Of a stretch of 64,000 nucleotides of DNA, positions 60,043 through 64,000 are shown one piece after another. The notes below the pieces were generated by a model. That model did not search any database. It worked only from the letters and a program-made list of their open reading frames with translations, and was not told where the DNA came from. The DNA comes from the human T2T-CHM13v2.0 reference genome, Homo sapiens. The position numbers and the translations under genes were made by a program. The stretch lies in assembly GCF_009914755.1 (NCBI RefSeq), contig NC_060937.1; one strand, written 5' to 3'. Numbering within the stretch: the stretch's first letter is position 1; each line of letters opens with the position of its first letter.

Positions 60043-60654
60043 GCTCACTCTCCAGTTGTTTGCCTACCTCCTTCTTCCTAGACATGGGACAAGAACTCAG
60101 GACCCACCAAATGGCGGGACTGAAAGAGCTGTAACAGAAACAAGGCTGAAACATGTCGCCTGCTCACCACATTGCAGGCAACAAGGAGAGAAGAGATGTG
60201 GCCCTTTGGGGAGCCCGGACCTACGGGCTCTGTGAGCCAGCCTTGTGACACCTTCTTTCGGGCTTTGTGATTCCTGATGTCTCCAAGCTCCCGGGGCACC
60301 ACCATATTCCCTGGTGCCCACAGTGGAAGCCGCTTAAAGTATGCCTGATCTAGCTGCAACCTTGCACAGGGCCGGGGTCTGTACTGGCACCTGGAGCTGC
60401 CCACCCCACTGCAACCAGCACACCTGCCTGTGTGCAGCAGCTGGACCCCGTGCTCACTCACACATCCCTCATCACTTCCCACCTGACTCACCCTTGGCAG
60501 GTGTGGTATTCATGCTGATAGTGCATGCTGAGTGCAGCCTTCTGGGCCAAGTGGGCAGAACAAGCCCTGTGGACCCAAGCCAAACTAGCGCAAAGGTGCC
60601 ACTGGCCATGGAGGTTTCTGGCTGGAAAAGTAAAACCCTAAGGACCCTATGACA
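60043..60654 (+). mobile_element. 5'-truncated LTR1-like ERV1 LTR
   Basis: catgggacaagaactcaggacccaccaaatggcgggactgaaagagctgtaaca...gaggtttctggctgg...ctatgaca. Confidence 0.8.
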
Positions 60655-60848
60655 ATGGCATCTCATTGTGGTTTTGATTTGCATTTCTCTGATGATTAGT
60701 GATGTGGAGCATTTTTTATATGTTCTCTGACTCCTTGTATGTTTTCCTTTGAGAATGTTTGTTCATATTCTTTGCCCATTTTTTAATGGGGTAAATTGAT
60801 TTTTGCTTGGTGATTTTTTTAAGTTTCTTATAGATTCTAAATATTAGC
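60655..60848 (-). mobile_element. L1 ORF2 C-terminal fragment
   Basis: Translates MQIKTTMRCH (ORF2p MQIKTTMRYHL motif). Confidence 0.85.
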
Positions 60849-61645
60849 AAAGTCTAACTTTTGATTGGTAGAAAAACCAAGAAGCTGCGCTGAAACCAGG
60901 GATTTTAGTAGTTAGCCATCCAAAGCAAATAACAGTAAATCCTGTTCAAAAGTCTGAGGAATCACTGAGAATTTGCATATTATGGGTAAGTACCTAATTC
61001 ACTTTATTCACTTAAATTTTGATTGTCCTATAAAATAGTATTTACATTGTCTCTTTCTTAAATCTGTTTATTAAAAATAATCATGGAATTACCTTTCTAA
61101 AAATGAAAAACTTAGTTATGCATTGGGTTTTTTTTCTTTGGAAAGGTCCTTGAATGCCTCTTTCAGAAGGGATAAAAGCTGTTAATTTCTGACTAAAAAT
61201 AAGCATTGGGGCTGTCTTGTGAATAAGCATAACTATTTTTTTTCATGTAAACTCCAATTTAATTAACTATGCATTAGGGAATTGCAGAATATGGCAATAG
61301 AATGTTGATATATATCCACAAAGTTTCTTGAAATATCTCTGACCACTTTATTCTTTATCTTCAGCAGTATGAGACCTTTGCTTTCACTTGAATATGCATA
61401 ATTATACCCTTTCCAGCCTTGTATACTCCTTGAATAAAAATACATATTGCTCTAGTGTTAATAGTTTTACCCTCAAACCCCTAGATAGTTCTCAAAGTAA
61501 CTAAATAAAATTAAGTATAAATTTTGGATTTACATTGGCAAGAAAAAGACATATTAACTAAGAGCAAGGTTAGTTTTTAGATGATCTGGAAGACTTCTGT
61601 ACTTCTTGTTAATATCTTTAGAAAAAAATAAACATTATTTTTAGT

Positions 61646-61720
61646 TTCTTTCTTTCACTTTGTCTCTCTCTTTCTCTTTCTCTCTTTTTTCTTTCTTTCT
61701 CTCTCTCTGTTTTTCTCCCA
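61646..61720. repeat. CT-rich low-complexity tract
   Basis: (TC/TTTC)n. Confidence 0.8.
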
Positions 61721-63104
61721 TTTATTTAGCCTATAGGTTGAATGAGTTATTTCACTAGATACATTTAAGATTATTTAAGAATCACATTATAATTTTCTGT
61801 CGTATTATGCAAAATTAAACATAATAGGTGAATCAAGATTTGTTTATTTTTACCAGGAAAGGCATTTTGTTGTTAATATTATACTAACTCTTAATAATGA
61901 ATTTGATTTCCTCAAATTGATGAGGAAATTGCTGATTATATGAGGTTTCTATATTTAGTAAAAATGAATATTAATATTATAAAATGATGAATTGCTAATA
62001 TAGGACATTGAGCTTGCAATCAACCATAAAATATCCCTCCTATAAAAGACAAGAATTTACAGCAATAATTAGAGAACTCAATTCCATTTCTAATGTCACG
62101 TATAACAAAGGAATAGGGAATTCAATAGCCCTTCATAGTGAGAAATAATAATTATTTTTAAATGCTCATGTCATTATTTTGGTGAAATATTTTACTGTGG
62201 GATCATTATCAGCATTTTATTTTAAAACATATTTCAGAAGAGAGGAAAATAAGACAAATATGTACCTGCTCAGTGGTACTAGAAAAGTAGCTATTGAAAA
62301 AATGTTATTTAATTAATTAAATCTATAAATATCATTCTTATTTCATAACCATAAGTAGTCAAGAAATGTTAAATTCATCACCATTTCTGTCATGATATAT
62401 TAATGTTTTCAATTATTTTTCTTTAACAGTAACAGAATATCACTTTTTGAATGAAATTATGTTTTCAAATATTAGAAACACCAATCTTAACAGGGAGATG
62501 ACTTTTTTTTAATTGCCCTTAAGGAAAAGTTCTAAGCTTATGCTAGCAATATATGATATACACAACTAGATGGGCTATAAATTCAATCCAATAAAACATT
62601 TTTAAAATAGACATATCAGATTATATGCATTTAAATACTTTCATCTCTCCAATTTAAAACATAAAATAGAAAAACTACAACATTTATGAAAAAATTTTAG
62701 TGCTCCTGGTGTTTATAAACCAGATATACCTTTGACTCAGGCTCTATTTTCTTGGAATTCACACTAAAGCAATATGTAGAAACACACAAAAAAAGTAAGA
62801 AGAAAAGACCAGAGATAAATTCTATAATGTAAAAATGGGTAAACAATATAAATCATAATTTACATATCAAAACATGTCATAGGAAAACTAATACAGCAAA
62901 CTCATTACTTAAGAAATGCAAAGTAAAATGTGATATCTCCAAATTTAACTTATTAAAACTTTTTAGAGCATCAGATATTGCTGATTTTGAGGAAGAATTC
63001 ACAAAGTGTTGAATAAAACAGAAATGGTAAAAACATCTAGTCTTCAAAAAATAATAAGAGAAAGTATTTAGTGAGTGATTATTGTAGGACAAGTATTTTT
63101 CTCA

Positions 63105-63255
63105 GTGTTTTGCATATATCCACTAATTTAATCATTAAAAATCTCTACTATGAATATTATTGCTAACATTTTCAGATAAAGTGTGGAGGGCTAATGGTAA
63201 AGTTAAAATTCAAACTCAACACTCTCACTTCAGAAGACCTGATTTTTACTGCTCA
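63105..63255 (-). mobile_element. MIR remnant
   Basis: atttaatcattaaaaatctctactatga...cattttcagataaag...attcaaactcaac. Confidence 0.5.
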
Positions 63256-63421
63256 CTCTCCTGTCTGTTGTGGATTACAGATACTATGGAAAGCTTAATA
63301 CATATATAAATATATGAACTTTCAATTTGGGGCATCTTCCTATTGCTGACCTCAGTGCTTAGGCTTCAGATCTCAATGCAACTATTTTGAGCTTAAAATG
63401 CCCAAATATCCCGTCTAAAAA

Positions 63422-63665
63422 CAGGGTTAATTCATCTTTTCTTGTGCCACGGAGTCCTTTGGTAGTCTGGTGAAAACTATGGACCCATTCAGAGACTCAT
63501 ACACAGTTTTAAGTTAATAAAAATATATAACATTATTAAGGGAAATAATATTATTTAAGTATGGTTTGCAAAATGTTAAGTGGGGGGAATTTGTGATGTG
63601 GAAATGTATATGCTTCTTTAACAAGATCTTGTGTTGGTTCCAGTAACTGTTTTACTTTCAAAGTA
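63422..63665. mobile_element. hAT-Charlie DNA transposon fragment (MER119-like)
   Basis: caggg...ttgtgccacggagtcctttggtagtctggtgaaaactatggaccc terminal motif. Confidence 0.55.
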
Positions 63666-63671
63666 AGGATC

Positions 63672-63980
63672 TGCCGGGCACTTTATAATCCCACGCCTAT
63701 AATCCCAGCACTTTAGGAGCCCAAGGCGGGTGGATCATCTGATGTCAGGAGTTCAAGACCAGCCTGGCCAACTTGGTGAAATCCCAACTCTACCTAAAAT
63801 ACAAAAAATTAGCTGGGCGTGGTGGCATGCACCTGTAATCCCAACTACTCATGAGGCTGAGGCAGGAGAATTGCTTGAAGCTGGGAGGTGGAGGTTGCAG
63901 TGGGCTCAGATTGCACCATTGCACTCCTGCCTGAGCAATGGGAGTGAAACTCCATCTGGAAAAAAAAAAAAAAAAAAAAA
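63672..63980 (+). mobile_element. AluS with an altered 5' end
   Basis: Full dimer with A tail; aaggat on both flanks. Confidence 0.92.
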
Positions 63981-64000
63981 GGATAACTCATGATGACCAT

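Overview
AT-rich primate (human-like) genomic DNA with no recognisable protein-coding gene, RNA gene, CpG island or prokaryotic system. It reads as a gene desert or a deep intron. Much of the window is transposon relics: about 16 Alus (J/S/Y), many L1 fragments (L1PA, L1PB, L1MA-ME), L2/MIR, solo LTRs with 4-5 bp target-site duplications (LTR12F, MER61A, MER52-group, THE1), other LTR relics (MER57A, MLT1, LTR33, LTR1-like), an ERV1 internal fragment and a near-full-length Tigger1 with TA duplications. The supplied ORFs I could place are repeat-derived or low-complexity. I find no support for a new biological system. The notable signals are local genome-evolution scars: a three-armed AluY composite inside one TSD, two Alus at one target site, a possible short L1 3' transduction, stacked L1MA 3' ends, tandem duplications and templated palindromic junctions. 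Subfamily names come from my recall of consensus sequences and need RepeatMasker/Dfam confirmation. Boundaries of old repeats are approximate.
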